Shown piece by piece: positions 37,301-50,599 of a DNA stretch of 64,000 nt. The stretch is from Mobula hypostoma (taxonomy: Eukaryota). Numbering within the stretch: position 1 is the first letter of the stretch; each line of letters begins with the position of its first letter. Under the pieces are notes generated by a model. That model was not told the DNA's origin. It made no database searches and worked only from the letters and a program-made list of their open reading frames with translations. The translations under genes and the position numbers were made by a program. Location of the stretch: assembly GCF_963921235.1 (NCBI RefSeq), contig NC_086108.1:49974001-50038000 (forward strand). The letters are read 5' to 3'.

Positions 37301-40300
37301 TTGGGAGGTGGGGTTTGGCTCTTGTCCTGGGTCATAGTCCTGGTAACCTCCACGCAGATGGACACATACACACGATAGTATTACTACGTACACATGGTTT
37401 CAGAAAGTAAATATCTTCTGGTGCTGTCCTTTTCATATCCCTAATTAGTATTAGAAACGGTATAAGGATAAGTAAAAGAAATTTACTTGTCTGGAGAGTG
37501 GTCTGGTGTGTTAAATCGGATGAGATTGGGAGTTCTGCAAGAGAAGGTGACTTGGGGCATGCAGCGTGTTTTATTATCTTGCATTGGTTGATATGTTTGT
37601 GTTCACGTAACTTCATTGCTGAAATTTTTTACAGGTGAGATGGAGAATGGTGAGAAGATGTTAAAAGTATGTAGTTTAGATGAATGATTAAAACCCAAGG
37701 GAATGGAGTCAACAGACGCTTAAACATTTATGCTGTAGCAATTCATTTATGCAAAACACTTAATTTGAAGTATCTTATTCCATGCTTGGAGAAATAATAT
37801 ACTGATCTATTTACTCTGCTCCCACCTGAATGTGACTACTGCTTTCCAAGATTAATGAAATGCAAGTCCAATTTATTAATACTATTATTTACTCCCCTAC
37901 CTTGCAGTGTTTTGCTGTCTTACAAAAGCTTAAATTGATTTGTATTTTGTACTGCACTGCATATTGCTGTCAAAAGTTTATTCCCATGATCAACAGAGAT
38001 CAAAGAAATCAAAAAGTGCCCAGAACAAATTAAATCTTCCCAGTGGTCCACACGATGTACGACTTTTGTATTTCTTGGAGAGGCAGCTGTAAATAACATA
38101 TAAACTTTTGTCAAGTAGTTATTTTATAGAAATGATATAGACATTTCTTCTAAGAATTGATCATTTGAAATAACACATTTTCTAGCAGCTTTCTGTGGGG
38201 AGAAATATTTTTAGACTTTAAAACTGAGAGTTGAAGGAGCCATCGCAAAGTGAGCTGGATAAATGCGATGGATTTTCATTGCTCTGTGAAGTTTAGAAAC
38301 TAGATTAGAAATGTAATCAAAATTTTCTTTCCTCTTCAAAGGAAATAAATGGTGTTAAAATCAGACACTCTCAAGTCAACAGCAGAGATAACTATTTAAC
38401 AATTTTCCAGATAGTGTTTAGAACATTTTTGTCAGGTGTTTGGTTGGACTAAAGGGCATGTTGTCCAGTTTGTCTTAATGAGTTGAATAACCATTTTGTA
38501 TTCTGTGTTTCCTCACTTTTGTATGATTGTCAATATGATTGACAACCAGTGGATGACACCTTAGTTTTTAAATCGGCACGTCACTTTGTATTGCATTGAC
38601 ATGGAAGTTGTAAAAAGGAAAATAGTACTTTGGCATATTTGAAAAAAGTCCACAGAAAACTACCAGAATTTTTCATTGTTTTACCATGGAGTTCTCCCAT
38701 TGCTCTATCAAAACAATCTTATATTTTTGACAATATAATGTTTTTAATCAGTACATATTGCATAGATATTTTTCATCAGATTTTAAAATAATTTGAGCAT
38801 TCTTAAAACAATATTTTGTCATTCCAGCCCCATGGTCTGTCATGCACTCTGCATATGGGTAGAGGAATTCAATTTTGCGATATTACTCTATGATGTTCAA
38901 ACAAAAAAATTAGAATATTTCATAATTTTGACTTGGTGATGGTAAAACATTAGAGGTGTATGGGCAAAGTCATATATAATAATTGGGAAGAAAATTGGAT
39001 ATCTCCACTTTCTTTCAGTTTAGATTCTTGTCAGTGGTTGAGGTCATGGGGTGTAGGGGAAATATTGATGAAGAAGTGGCTGGGTCATGTTGAAGATGGG
39101 CAGTATTAAGATCTTGCACTGCATAAATGTGGTCAGCCAGTCCATTGGTAATGATGTGTCCTGGTTTCACTTGGAGTGGGTTGGTTAAGTCTGCTTTACT
39201 ACTGGGAAACTGGTGAATGGGGTGAATACTGTATTATTGTTAATGAAGGGTTATATTCCTAAACTGACAACCCAGTTAAAGATACTTGTTCAGGAACAAA
39301 ATGCCTTGGAATGCATGATTTGGCTCCTGATTCCCATAACTGTATTCCTACTTTGTCAGGTAAGACTGCAGGCTCTTGAATGTTTTGCATTGACGTTGCT
39401 GTTTGTTGTCTATTCAGTCAAATTGTCCGTTGATACTTGTTCAATCCTTTTTACGTTCAGCCGACGGTTAATGTTTGAATGAGGTCAGAGAAGGCATGGA
39501 GCAAAATAATTCTTAGAGACCCAAGTGTTGGTCTGCAGGGTATTGGGAAATGAATATTGTGTTTTGAGACTACAGATTCTTGCCTACAGAATTGTTAAGG
39601 GTTTAGTTGGTTTTTACGGATTGATAGTTGGTTTTCACCGATTAACTTCATGAATAGTTTTTCGAACTTGATAGAAGTTTTCATTGTGGCTGTCCGTTCA
39701 CCTTCAGGCTCCAGGGAAAAGGTCTCTTGGCATTATAATTTTGGTGGTATCATAGCGCATTGATTGTAAGTTGATCACTCACTTGTCCTGCTAAAGTGCA
39801 TCCTTTCACACTTACCTGCATTAATTTTATCTTCCATTTGTTCATTTCGCCATTGTCACTTTGCCTCACTTCCTCTTCATTGTCTATTACATTTGACTTT
39901 GATGTGTGTTCTGAAGTTCAAGTCATTAAGAACTAAAAATATCATTTCCTGGGAATGGCACTCATTAATTTCCATGAAATTTAATTTAAAAAAAAAATTC
40001 TCTGCTATATGCCTGTTAGTTGGAGTATTTGTTAAAACATCATTTTCCTTCAACAGAGCTCACATACCCTTCATTTGTTAGTCCATAACGATGTAGGTGT
40101 GAATTAGTTTCGTCCTGCGCTATTGCCTCTGAAGGTTTTCCATACCATCATAATGATGAATGGCTTGTAGTTGTCAGATTTATTCTTCCTTGTTTGCAAA
40201 TGTGATGTTCGTAGGCTTTCATCCCTTTTATAGGATTGGGAGAAGTACTCACGTTCCTTATTTTTCCCCTTGCTTTTATCAGTAAGCTGGAATGCTTCCC

Positions 40301-40670
40301 ATCATAAGTGGTCACTTTTCAACATTAAGGATTGTCAGCCATCAAGGTGGTTGTTTGTTCTTCAATTAGTTTTACCTTACTCAATATCACCACTTCACCT
40401 TCTTAAATGCTGCATTGGCGATGTCCTCCTTTCCAATGGCATGAAAGATATTTCCATGTTGATCTTGACTTCTGTTTAATTGACGTAGTATATCTTGAAG
40501 CGAGTCCACTTTGAGCACATCTACATGAAACTGTTGCAGGAAAGCAGCATCCATCATCAGAGATTGCCACCGACCAGGCCATTCTCTTTTCTCTTCGCTG
40601 CCATCAGATAGAAGGTACAAGAACCTCAGGACTCGCACCACCAGGTTCAGAACAGTTACTACTCCTGAAC

Positions 40671-41428
40671 CGGGGTTCCCAACCTTTTTTGCACCGCGAC
40701 CGGTTTAATATTGACAATATTCTTGCGGACTGGCCAGTGGGGGTCGGGGGGTGGTGTTCAAGTCGGGTTGCCAACTTTCTCACTCCCAAATAAGGAACAA
40801 AAGTAGCAGTCAAATACAGGACTCTTGTGTTTACCCCGAGAAAGCCTACCATGACCATGAAGCCTTGCGCGGGCACCTATGTGTGTACGTGCTGATTTCT
40901 TTTTCTACAAATCGGTTTTGGCTTAGTCTTCCTGATTCTGTTAAGTGAAACTACACTGTACCTACATTATTTCTACTTTATATAGGTTGTGTATTTATCA
41001 TATCATTCCTGCTTTTACTATTTGTTAATGTTATTTTAGGTTTTATGTGTTATTTGGTAGGTTATTTTTTGGGTCTGGGAATGCTCAAAAATTTTTCCCA
41101 TATAAATTACTGGTATTTGCTTCTTCGCTTTACACCATTTCGGCTTACAAACAGTTTCGTAGAAATGCTACCTTAGCGGGAGAAATAAGGGACAAGGGTG
41201 GTCCCGTATGGGAAAAAAACAATTTAGCCCTATACACGGGATGTCCCGGCTAATACGGGACAGTTGGCAACCCTATGTTCAAGTTCAACAGTGCGTGACA
41301 GGGAATGAGGAAAGGTGCCGCTGATTCATATAATTTCATATCGCCAAATCATATTGTTCCCTCGCGGCTCGGTAGCACATGCTTTGCAGCCTGGTACTGG
41401 TCCACGGCCCAGTGATTGGGGACCACTG
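40671..41428. mobile_element. hAT (Charlie-like) non-autonomous element
   Basis: TIRs CGGGGTTCCCAACC...GATTGGGGACCACTG; perfect 8-bp TSD TCCTGAAC at 40663-40670 and 41429-41436. Confidence 0.9.
40763..41275. mobile_element. hAT (Blackjack-like) non-autonomous element nested in the previous one, with a Tigger-derived core
   Basis: TIRs TCGGGTTGCCAACT...AGTTGGCAACCCTA; perfect 8-bp TSD TGTTCAAG at 40755-40762 and 41276-41283; ~40820-41180 is the reverse complement of 62765-63128. Confidence 0.88.
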
Positions 41429-41705
41429 TCCTGAACCACAATGCTCTTGAACAAAAGGGGATAACTACACTCACTTGCCCATCCATTGAGATGTTCCCAC
41501 AAACAATGATCTCACTTCAAGGACTCTTTATCTCATTATTTCATGTTCTTGTTATTTATTGCTATTTATTTATATTGCATTTGCAGTTTGTTGTCTTCTG
41601 AGCTCTGGCTGATCCTTCATTGATCCTGTTATAGATACTATTCTTTGGATTTGCTGAGTATGTCCGCGGGAAAGTAAATCTCAGGGTTGTATATGGTGAC
41701 ATGTA

Positions 41706-43327
41706 CAGTGGCATGCAAAAGTTTGGGCACCCTGGTCAAAATTTCTTTTACTGTGAATAGTTAAGTGAGTAGAAGATGAACTGATCTCCAAAAGTCATAA
41801 AGTCAAAGATGAAACATTCTTTTCAACATTTTAAGCAAGATTAGTGTATTATTTTCGTTTTGTAGAATTTTAGAGTGAAAAAAAGGAAAAGAGCACCATG
41901 CAAAGTTTGCGCACCCCAAGAGATTTAAGCTCTCAGATAACTTTTACCAAGGTCTCAGACCTTAATTAGCTTGTTAGGATTATGGCTTGTTTACAGTCAT
42001 CTTTAGGAAAGGCCAGGTGATGCAAATTTCAAAGCTTTATAAATACCCCAACTCCTCAAACCTTGTCCCAACAATCAGCAGCCATGGGCTCCTCTAAGCA
42101 GCTGCCTAGCGCTTTGAAAATTAAAATAAATGTTGCCCACAAAGCAGGAGAAAGTTATAAGAAGATAAAGCGTTTTCAGGGAGCCGTTTCCTCATTTCAC
42201 GATGTAATTAAGAAATGGCAGTTTACAGGAACGGTGGAGGTCCACTTGAGGTCTGGAAGACCAAGAAAACTTTCTGAGAGAACTACTTGTAGGATTGCTA
42301 GAAAGGCAAATCAAAACTCCCGTTTGACTGCAAAAGACCTTCAGGAAGATTTAGCAGACTCTGGAATGGTGGTGCACTGTTCTACTGTGCAGTGACACCT
42401 GCACAGATATGACTTTCATGGAAGAGTCATCAGAAGAAAACCTTTCCTGCGTCCTCACCACAAAATTCAGCGTCAGAAGTTTGCAAAGGATCATCTAAAG
42501 AAGCCTGTTGCATTTTGGAAACCAATCCTGTGGACTGATGAATTTAAAATAGAACTTTTTGGCCGCAATGAGCAACGGTATGTTTGGAGAAAAAAGGGTG
42601 CAGAATTTCATGAAAAGAGCACCTCTCCAACTGTTAAGCACAGGGGTGGATTGATCATGCTTTGAGCTTGTGTTGCAGCCAGTGGCACGGGGAACATTTC
42701 ACTGGTAGAGGGAAGAATGAATTCAATTAAATACCAGCAAATTCTGGAAGCAAACATCACACCGTCTGCAAAAAAAAATAGCTGAAGATAAAAAGGGGAT
42801 GGCTTCTACAACAGGATGATGATCCTAAACACACCTCAAAATCCACAATGGACTACCTCAAGAGGCGCAAGCTGATGGTTTTGCCATGGCCCTCACAGTC
42901 CCCTGACCTAAACATCATCGGAAATCTATGGATAGACCTCAGAAGAGCAGTGCATGCAAGACGGCCCAAGAATCTCACAGAACTAGAAGCCTTTTGCAAG
43001 GAAGAATGGGCAAAAATCCCCCAAACAAGAATTGAAAGACTCTTAGCTGGCTATAGAAAGCGCTTACAAGCTGTGATACTTGCCAAAGGGGGTGTTACTA
43101 AGTACTGACCATGCAGGGTGCCCAAACTTTTGCTTTGGGCCCTTTTCCTTTTTTGTTATTTTGAAATTGTAAAAGATGGAAATAAAAAAGTAATCTTGCT
43201 TAAAATATTAAAGAAATGTGTCATCTTTAACTTTATGCCTTTTGGAAATCAGGTCATCATTTACTCGCTTAGCTATTCACAGTAACAGAAATTTTGACCG
43301 GTGTGCCCAAACTTTTGCATGCCACTG
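41706..43327 (+). mobile_element. Full-length (1622 bp) IR/DR-type Tc1 transposon
   Basis: TA-CAGTGGCATGCAAAAGTTTGGGCAC...GTGCCCAAACTTTTGCATGCCACTG-TA; ~210-bp TIRs with inner and outer direct repeats. Confidence 0.95.
42084..43108 (+). pseudogene. Tc1 DD34E transposase, inactivated
   Basis: MGSSKQL..., SGRPRK, WTDE, QQDDDPKH, SPDLNIIGNLW (catalytic E replaced by G); stops at 42393-42395 and 42663-42665; frameshift around the A-run near 42770. Confidence 0.92.
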
Positions 43328-43359
43328 TATGTACTTTGATAAATTTTACTTTGAATATT

Positions 43360-44790
43360 ACTGAAGAGGAGGTACTGGAGGTCATAAAATGCATAGAGGT
43401 AGATAAATCCCCAGGACCTGATTACATGTATCCTAGGACAATGTGGGATGCAGAGGAATAAATTATGGCATCTCCGGTGGAGATATTTGCATTATTTGTA
43501 GCCACTGGTGAGATGCCTGGAGGCTGAAGGGAATCTAATGTTGTGCCTTTAATTTAGAAAAGCTAATGGAAAAGCCTGGGAACTTCCGACTGGGAAGGCT
43601 GACGTCAGTGGAGGGGATTCTGAGCAACAGGATCTACGTGCATTTGGAAGGCAATGACTGATTAGGAATGGTCAGCATGGCTTTGTGTATGGCACATTCA
43701 TTCTCACCATTTTGATTCAATTTTTTTGAAGAGTTAATCCAGAAAATAGATAATGGCAGGGTGATTGATATTGTATATGTGGACAGATAAGATATAACAT
43801 GGTAGGATGGTCTGGAGCACACCAGCCAATTTATGGTCCAGGGTGAGTTAGACAAATAGATAGAAAATTGGCTTATTGGTGGTGGTCGTGGAAGTTAGGT
43901 TTTCAGGCGGAGGACTGCAGGGACTGGAGCTGGGTCCACTGTTGTTAATCATTTTTATATTAATGATTTGGCATGGTTAGTTAGTTTGAGATGACATTAA
44001 AATTGGTGCTACAGTGGGCATTGTAGATGGTTATCTAAGATACAGTAGGGCTTTGGTCAAGTAAGTATCTGAGGAATGGCAGATAATGTTTAATTCAGAT
44101 AAATGGGAGTTGTTGTATTTTGGTAAGACAAACCAGTGCAGGACTTGCACAGTGAATGGTAGGGTCCTGGGGAGTGTTATAGAATAGAGGGGTCTAATGC
44201 AGGTACGTTGTCTCTTGATAGTGGCATCACAAGTAGATGGGATGGTGAAGAAGCTGGTTGGCATGTTTGGCTTCATTGGAGGAGATTGAGTACAGGAGTT
44301 GGGATATTATGTTACAGTTGCATAAAACATGCTACAGCTACATTTGGAGTACTGCATACAATTCTGCTCACTAAACTGGAATGTGTGCAAAATAAAATTA
44401 CAAGGATGTTACTGGAGCTAGAGAACTTGAGCTACAAGGAGAGAGAGTGGATAGCCAAGGATTTTTTCCTTGGAATGTAGGAGGCTGAGGGATGACCTTA
44501 AGGCTTATAAAATCATGAGGGGCTTAAATAGTTACAGTATTTTTTTCTCTTCCAGGCAGGGAAATCCAAAGCTAAAAGGATTGAAAAGGAGCTTGGGCAA
44601 ATTTTTCACGCACAGGGTTGGCGTAGTGGAACTTGGAGTGGTATAATTACAACATTTAAAAGGCATTTGAACAAGTACATGGATAAGAAAGTTTCAGAGG
44701 GATATGGGCCAAACACAGGCAAATGTTCCGAAGCATAGTCAGTATGGACAGGTTGAGCTGAAGGGCTGTTTATATACTGTATAAATTTAT
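43360..44790 (+). mobile_element. Old degraded CR1 RT-to-tail fragment
   Basis: GATAAATCCCCAGGACCTGAT (KSPGPD), GGAATGGCAGAT..TTTAAT, TTGGAGTACTG and a CR1 tail. Confidence 0.75.
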
Positions 44791-46246
44791 GGCTGTATGT
44801 TTGTTAGATTCCTTTTTTGTTCCATTTTAAGAACAGCATTTTTAGTCATCTTAGAAGCTCTGTTTGGGTAAAAACCATGTTTATTACTTGCCCATCTTTA
44901 CTTGATTCCTTCATAATTCATTCTAATTGGCCTAGAGATAGAGTATTTTTATACCACCTGTTCCATGTCCATTTCCGTAATTGTTGAAAACCTGTTCATG
45001 TGATATATAAACAGAAAGCGCTCAGTACCAAGTAGCATCTGTGAGTGAACTTGTATCTGCTTGAGGAGCTCAGTGAGCTGAGCAGCATCTGTTGGAGGAA
45101 AGGGGTTGTCAGCATATCAGGTTAAAACCCTGCAGTTAGACTGGTTTCTCCAGCAGATTTTTTAATATTTCAGATTTCAGCATCTGCAATCTCTTGTGTC
45201 TCCATTATAGACGAGAGCATGCTTTTAGCTGCAGAAGTGTGGCAGAGGTGGAGAGAACAAATGGAATGTTATTGATAGTATGGAGGTCAAGAGAGAATGA
45301 GTGACTTAAATGGTGCTGCTGAATGAAAGTTTGTTGAAGGCATGTTAATCACAGGTGATCTTCGTGCAGCATGTAAACTTAAAATGGGTGAAAGCACAGA
45401 AAAGTGAGAGAAAGTGATTAAAACTTTGCAGGGGATCAAAATACAAGAGATAAAAAATACATGGCGGAAGTCCGTTTCCCCCACCCCCCCCCCACCCCCC
45501 GTCCACAGCAAGAAGCATATGCAGAGTGGGGAAAGTTACCATTTTGCTGTTGATGTATAATTTTTCCCCAAAGAGGTCCCATACTGAGAAATTTTCTTTT
45601 TACCAATTCATTCCTGAAGCTGAATTTAGCAGTGTACCATCCTGTGTAAATACTAATCAGGGATCTCTTGTGGATTTTAGAGAATTCCTCCCCAACCAAC
45701 CTATCCTTAAACCTTCAAAAAGGTCAATTGAAACCTGTTACTTCCACTCTATAGCTTTACAGTCTTTCTTTACTTGATATTCTGCTGCTAGCGAACCCAC
45801 GTGATGGGTAGGGGGTGTTATGTTCCTAGCAAGCAGTCTGTATCACAGTTTCTGTAACACAAAGCTGCCTCATCTGCACAAGCATTAGGGAACACAACTT
45901 TGGGGGGGGGGAATGTGTGAGAGTGAATTTCGTTTTATATCACAAATTTCTGGGTAGTAATTTGTGAATTCTGTAAGGATGAATTTCTGAAACCTGAATG
46001 GCTGTACTGTGGCCGTTGCCTGTATTTAAACCCAGTTGTGCAGTGTGTATTCTTGTTTGATTCTGATCAAACAGACTTTGTTTTTTGGCCTTTCACACCC
46101 TCCTGTTTTGCTTTAATAGTTCCCCCTTGCATATCTTGTAACAATGAGAATTAGGTTTCTTATCCTCTTCTTTGAGTTTGCTCTTCGTTATTTCTTATAT
46201 GTTACTTTCAATTTGGTGATCTTATTTACTTCTGATTATTCAGTCT

Positions 46247-46530
46247 TATTTTATTTTATTTAAATATGCAGTGCAAAGTAGGCACTTTGGCTCTTTGAGC
46301 CATGCCAACCCAGCAACCCTAGCCTAATCGCGGGACAGTTTACATTGACCAAATTAACCTACATCTGGAAGGTCTTTGGGCTGTGGGAGGAAACCGGAGC
46401 ACCTGGAGGAAACCCATGCATTCCACAGGGAGGACATACAAACTCCTTACAGATGACCATCAGAATTGAACTTCAACACCCCGAGCTATAAAAGTGTTGC
46501 GCTAACTACTATGCTACCATGGCACCCATT
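46247..46530 (-). mobile_element. V-SINE (HE1-like)
   Basis: CTGTGGGAGGAAACCGGAGCACCTGGAGGAAACCCATGCA; colinear with 18716-18999. Confidence 0.82.
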
Positions 46531-47779
46531 TGCCCCACTAACTGCATTTACACATTTGTACTTCCAAGTATTCTCTAGGTTGACAAATATTTCTGTTGCC
46601 TTTCCCCAATTACTCCAATAAAAACAAAGCAAAAAACCACAGAGGCTGAAAATCTAAAGTAAAAGCAGAGGATCCTGGAAACACTGGTGGATCTGGAAGA
46701 AAAAGAAACAATTAACATTAGAGGTTTGGGGCCACCAGCCAGATAAGAGGAGGAGAACTGGGATGTTAGTTTTAGGTATTAAAGGTAGGAAAGGGAATAG
46801 CTCTGAATACATTGACCACTGCAGATTGCCCCAAGAGTGTAGGAGAGGATGAGGATCTTGAGTACAAGGGGAATAAAATGGGATGTGTAGGATTGGTATA
46901 AATGGGCGCATGATATTTGTATGCGCACAAAGGCCAGTTTCTCTGACTAAGAGAAACCCAGTAATGCAAATGGTGGTGGTGGTGCCAGCTGAGAGAGAAT
47001 GATGTAGGCTTGTAATTGCAGCTGATCTGTGTACTAGTGGGAGACGTATGAGGAGAGTGAAGAGCAAGAAAGATGCTAGTACTATGTGTCACAGAAAATT
47101 TTATTACAAAGCAAAATGTTGGAATACCCAGTAGGTTAAGTAGTCTCTGTGGAAAGAGGAATCCTAAGTTAATGTTACAGGTAGATGATCTTTCATCTGG
47201 TCTTGCTAAAATTGAAAAGGCTGGCCATCTAAAATTGTTGCACTCATTGTTGAGCTCCGAGGCTTATAAAATATCTTGTAAAAAGATGAGATGCTGCTGC
47301 CGAGGCTTCACTGGAACCATGTGAGAGGCCAAAGGCGGAGGTCAGAGTGGGAATAGCATGACAAATTAAAGGGATACGTAAATTGGAAGCTTAGATTCAC
47401 CCTTGCGCACTGAATGTTTTTTTTTGCAAAATGATTATAGAGAGCACATAATGAGCACAAAATCCAGTGGACTAAATTGATGTTGCCTGAGCTGTTAAAT
47501 AGTCCTTGGATTTTCATTTTTTATTTCAGATTACTAGCTTCTGCAGTTAGGCTTTTGTACTGGCCTTCAGGAGAATGGGTTTACTACAATGATGCACATA
47601 TACACAAGTGACTGTGGTATACATGTTGAAAAACTGAATAAACAAAATTTATATTTCCTAGAATTTAGGAAATTAAATAGTGATTTGATTTGAATTCTCA
47701 TAACATTTAGGTACAGATGTAGACCTTTTTCCATATTTTGGAAAGCCTGGGACTGATGTGCAAATTTAAAGATAAAAAT

Positions 47780-48830
47780 GGTATTCTGAAGATGCTGGGA
47801 ATCCAGAATAACATGCACAAAATGCTGGAGGAACTCAGCAGGAACACAAATCAAATCTTGTAGAGGGATCAGATGTGGAGAGAGTTGGCAATTTCAAGTT
47901 TATGGTGTCAATATCTCTGAGGATCTAACATGGTCCCAACTTCTGTACACCTCCTCATCACCATTAATGGAGGGAAATAATCAATCAGCATTGCTGGCTG
48001 ACACCCTTTGTCATGAGTGGAAAGGATAGGGCAAGAAGGCAGAATAAATACTGGGGAGAAGGGAAGGAGTACAAGCTGGCAGTTGATAGGTGAAGCCAGA
48101 TGAAGGAAAAGGTGGTTGGGGAAGAGGGGATGGAATGAGGTGGGAGGTGATAGGTAAGGTAAAGAGGAATCTGATAAGAGAGGAGAATGGAACATGGGAA
48201 AAAGGGAAGGAAGAGGGACACCAAGGGGAAGTGATAGGCAGGCAAAGAGAAAAAGAAGTGGCCAGAATAGGGGATGGAAAAAGAGAGAAGAGGAAGGTAG
48301 AGAAATTACTGGAAATCAGAGACATTTTATGTTCACGTTATCATTTTGAAGGCTACTCAGACACAATATGAGGTGTTGCTCCTCTAATCTGAGATGGGTG
48401 TCATCATGGAGTTATAGAGGAAGCCAGGGATCAACATGTTGGAATGGGAAGTAAAATTAAAATGAATGCAGGTGGAGCGAAGGTACTTGACAAAGCAGTT
48501 CGCAATGTACACCAGGTCCTACCGATATAGAATATCTGCACTGGATACAGGAGATGACCACCAACTGACTTGCAGGTGAAATGTTGTCTCACCTGGAAAG
48601 ACTGTTTGGGGCCCTGAATAGTAGTGAGGGAGGAGGTATAGCAGCAGGGGTAGTACTTGTTCAGCTTACAGGGTGTCAGGAGGGAGATCAGTGGGGATAG
48701 ATGAATGGCCAAGGGAGTCATAGAAGGAGTGATTCATGTGGAGCATGGTGGTGGGGGGAGTGTGGGGGGGTGGTAGGGAAATAATGTGTTTCGTGATAGG
48801 ATCCCATAGAAGATGGTGAGTGTTACAGAG
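47780..48830 (-). mobile_element. Penelope-like 3' fragment (GIY-YIG remnant and terminal repeat) with a short unrelated LINE-like insert at ~47850-47960
   Basis: GPKQSFQVRQHFTCKSVG...YIGRT; colinear with 26563-28230. Confidence 0.78.
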
Positions 48831-50599
48831 AAGATAACATTTTAAAGATAAACTTTTCAGGATGAGGTCAAAATGCTTCTTGTCGTACAAGTTTGCGGCT
48901 TAACAACAAATTTGAGTTTTGAAAGATTTTGCTTAAGCCGAGTTAATATATGGGAAAAGAAAAAAAAAGATTACCGGTAGCTACAGTCTCATGGAACAAG
49001 CTTATGAAGCTGATTGGGCTGCTCCTATGTCAATGCTCCCATTTAAACTTCTCAAACTGTTAATTATTTCCGCGAGATTATTATTATTTGGAGCAATTTT
49101 GAATCTTTGATGTTCTTGTTTCATGTAGAGTTTATTTTAGTTCTTGAAATTTAATTGTTATTTATTTTATAGGTCGCTTGGACCTTTTAGCCTATTCCCC
49201 CATTTACTGAGAACATAGGTGATTTTTAATCTAGCTCCCAATATCTGACTTTTTTCACCCATATACTTTAGTGTATTTCTGAGGTAATCCACATTTATTG
49301 TGATGGCACTTTCTTAAATCCTGGCGATGTCTATGTTGCCTGCTAGTCATCTCTAAGATCATATGGCAGGTCCTATTGCTACCGCCACTTCTTTTGAATC
49401 TCTTCTGCCTTCTCTGTGGGTGTTTTGTGCTCTTTTGCCTTAATGGATTTACAAATTGAGTTTAAGGTTGTCATTTCCTTTTATGGGAAGGGAGAACTAT
49501 AATAGCCCACTCTCAATTGTATCTCTTGCATTGTATTATGAATTTTCATGATAGAGTAATGTCAGGTATTAGACTTTTTGAAAATATACTAGTTTCATTT
49601 TTATTTACTTTCTCTAGTTTTTTAAAATCCCTGTCATAACTAAGCTCATGTCACCCATGGAACTTGCCTCTTGTCTCGTCCTTATTCCTGTTATGTGTCC
49701 TTTGGCCAAGTTTTCCCTCCTGGCTGTCATACTAATTGACATTATAGATTACTCCCTGTCCACAGACAGTTTTCCTTTCTTTCTAAAGTGCTTGCACACT
49801 TTTAGTTTCTTTTCCTGTAACTAGTCTTTGAATATGTTGTCAACCATCTTCAAAATGCTTCATCCATTATCTAGCTGAGTAGGACTGCACTGGCCTTTCA
49901 ATCCTATCAGTTGTAGTTGGAAAAAGTTATGCCATGTCTTATTTATTTTGCACAATCGAGAAAGGATCAGTTGATTACTCTTTCCTGTTCCTCACTTCTG
50001 TGCTGCCACTTAGTAATATCATTTGGGGCACTCCTTGATTCCTTTGTGATCTGATTGCCTTTGCTCTGAGGCCGCACTCATCTGTTCTGATGAAAGGCTC
50101 TTGATCTGAAAGGATTTTTCTCTCTCCACCAATGCTGACTAATCTGCTGAATTTCCCAATATTTTCTGTTTTTGTTTACACAGCTACTTTTTTTGCTTTT
50201 CCATTCAGTCTGATGTTAATGCGCAAATGAGGTTCAGTCTGATGTTAATGATGTTTCTCTTCAAGTAAGTTACAATCAAAGAATATAGGCACTTTGCATT
50301 TGTGTCTAAACAAAATATTCCGATTTCTGAAATTGAGTGTTAAGAGGTACAAAGATATTTACTGTGGGATTGCAAATATGCATTATTTTGTAAAGGCAGG
50401 GATATTATATGAAGGAAGCCAGTCAATTTTTCTAACATGAAACTGTCATGAAAATTCTACTAAGATTATAAATTATTGTTGTCATTTGACAAAAGTGCAA
50501 GTTACCTTTCGGAGTGATTATATCCATTATATGTTTAAGTCTTGTTTTTATGGATACATTCATCAAATTGCTTCACTTTCTGTTTAGACAGTGATGGAA

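Larger units (their letters stand above)
40500..43355 (+). mobile_element. Rex1/Babar 3' fragment split into three pieces (40500-40670, 41429-41705, 43328-43355) by DNA transposons
   Basis: RKAASIIRD..RPGHSLFSSLPSDRRYKNLRTRTTRFRTVT C-terminus; the 3' UTR GGTGACATG-TA-TGTACTTTGATAAA rejoins across the Tc1. Confidence 0.8.

Noticed and set aside
36403..37378. Many overlapping 60-130 aa ORFs on both strands
   Set aside because: Expected from high GC content; low-complexity translations, several starting at GTG or TTG.
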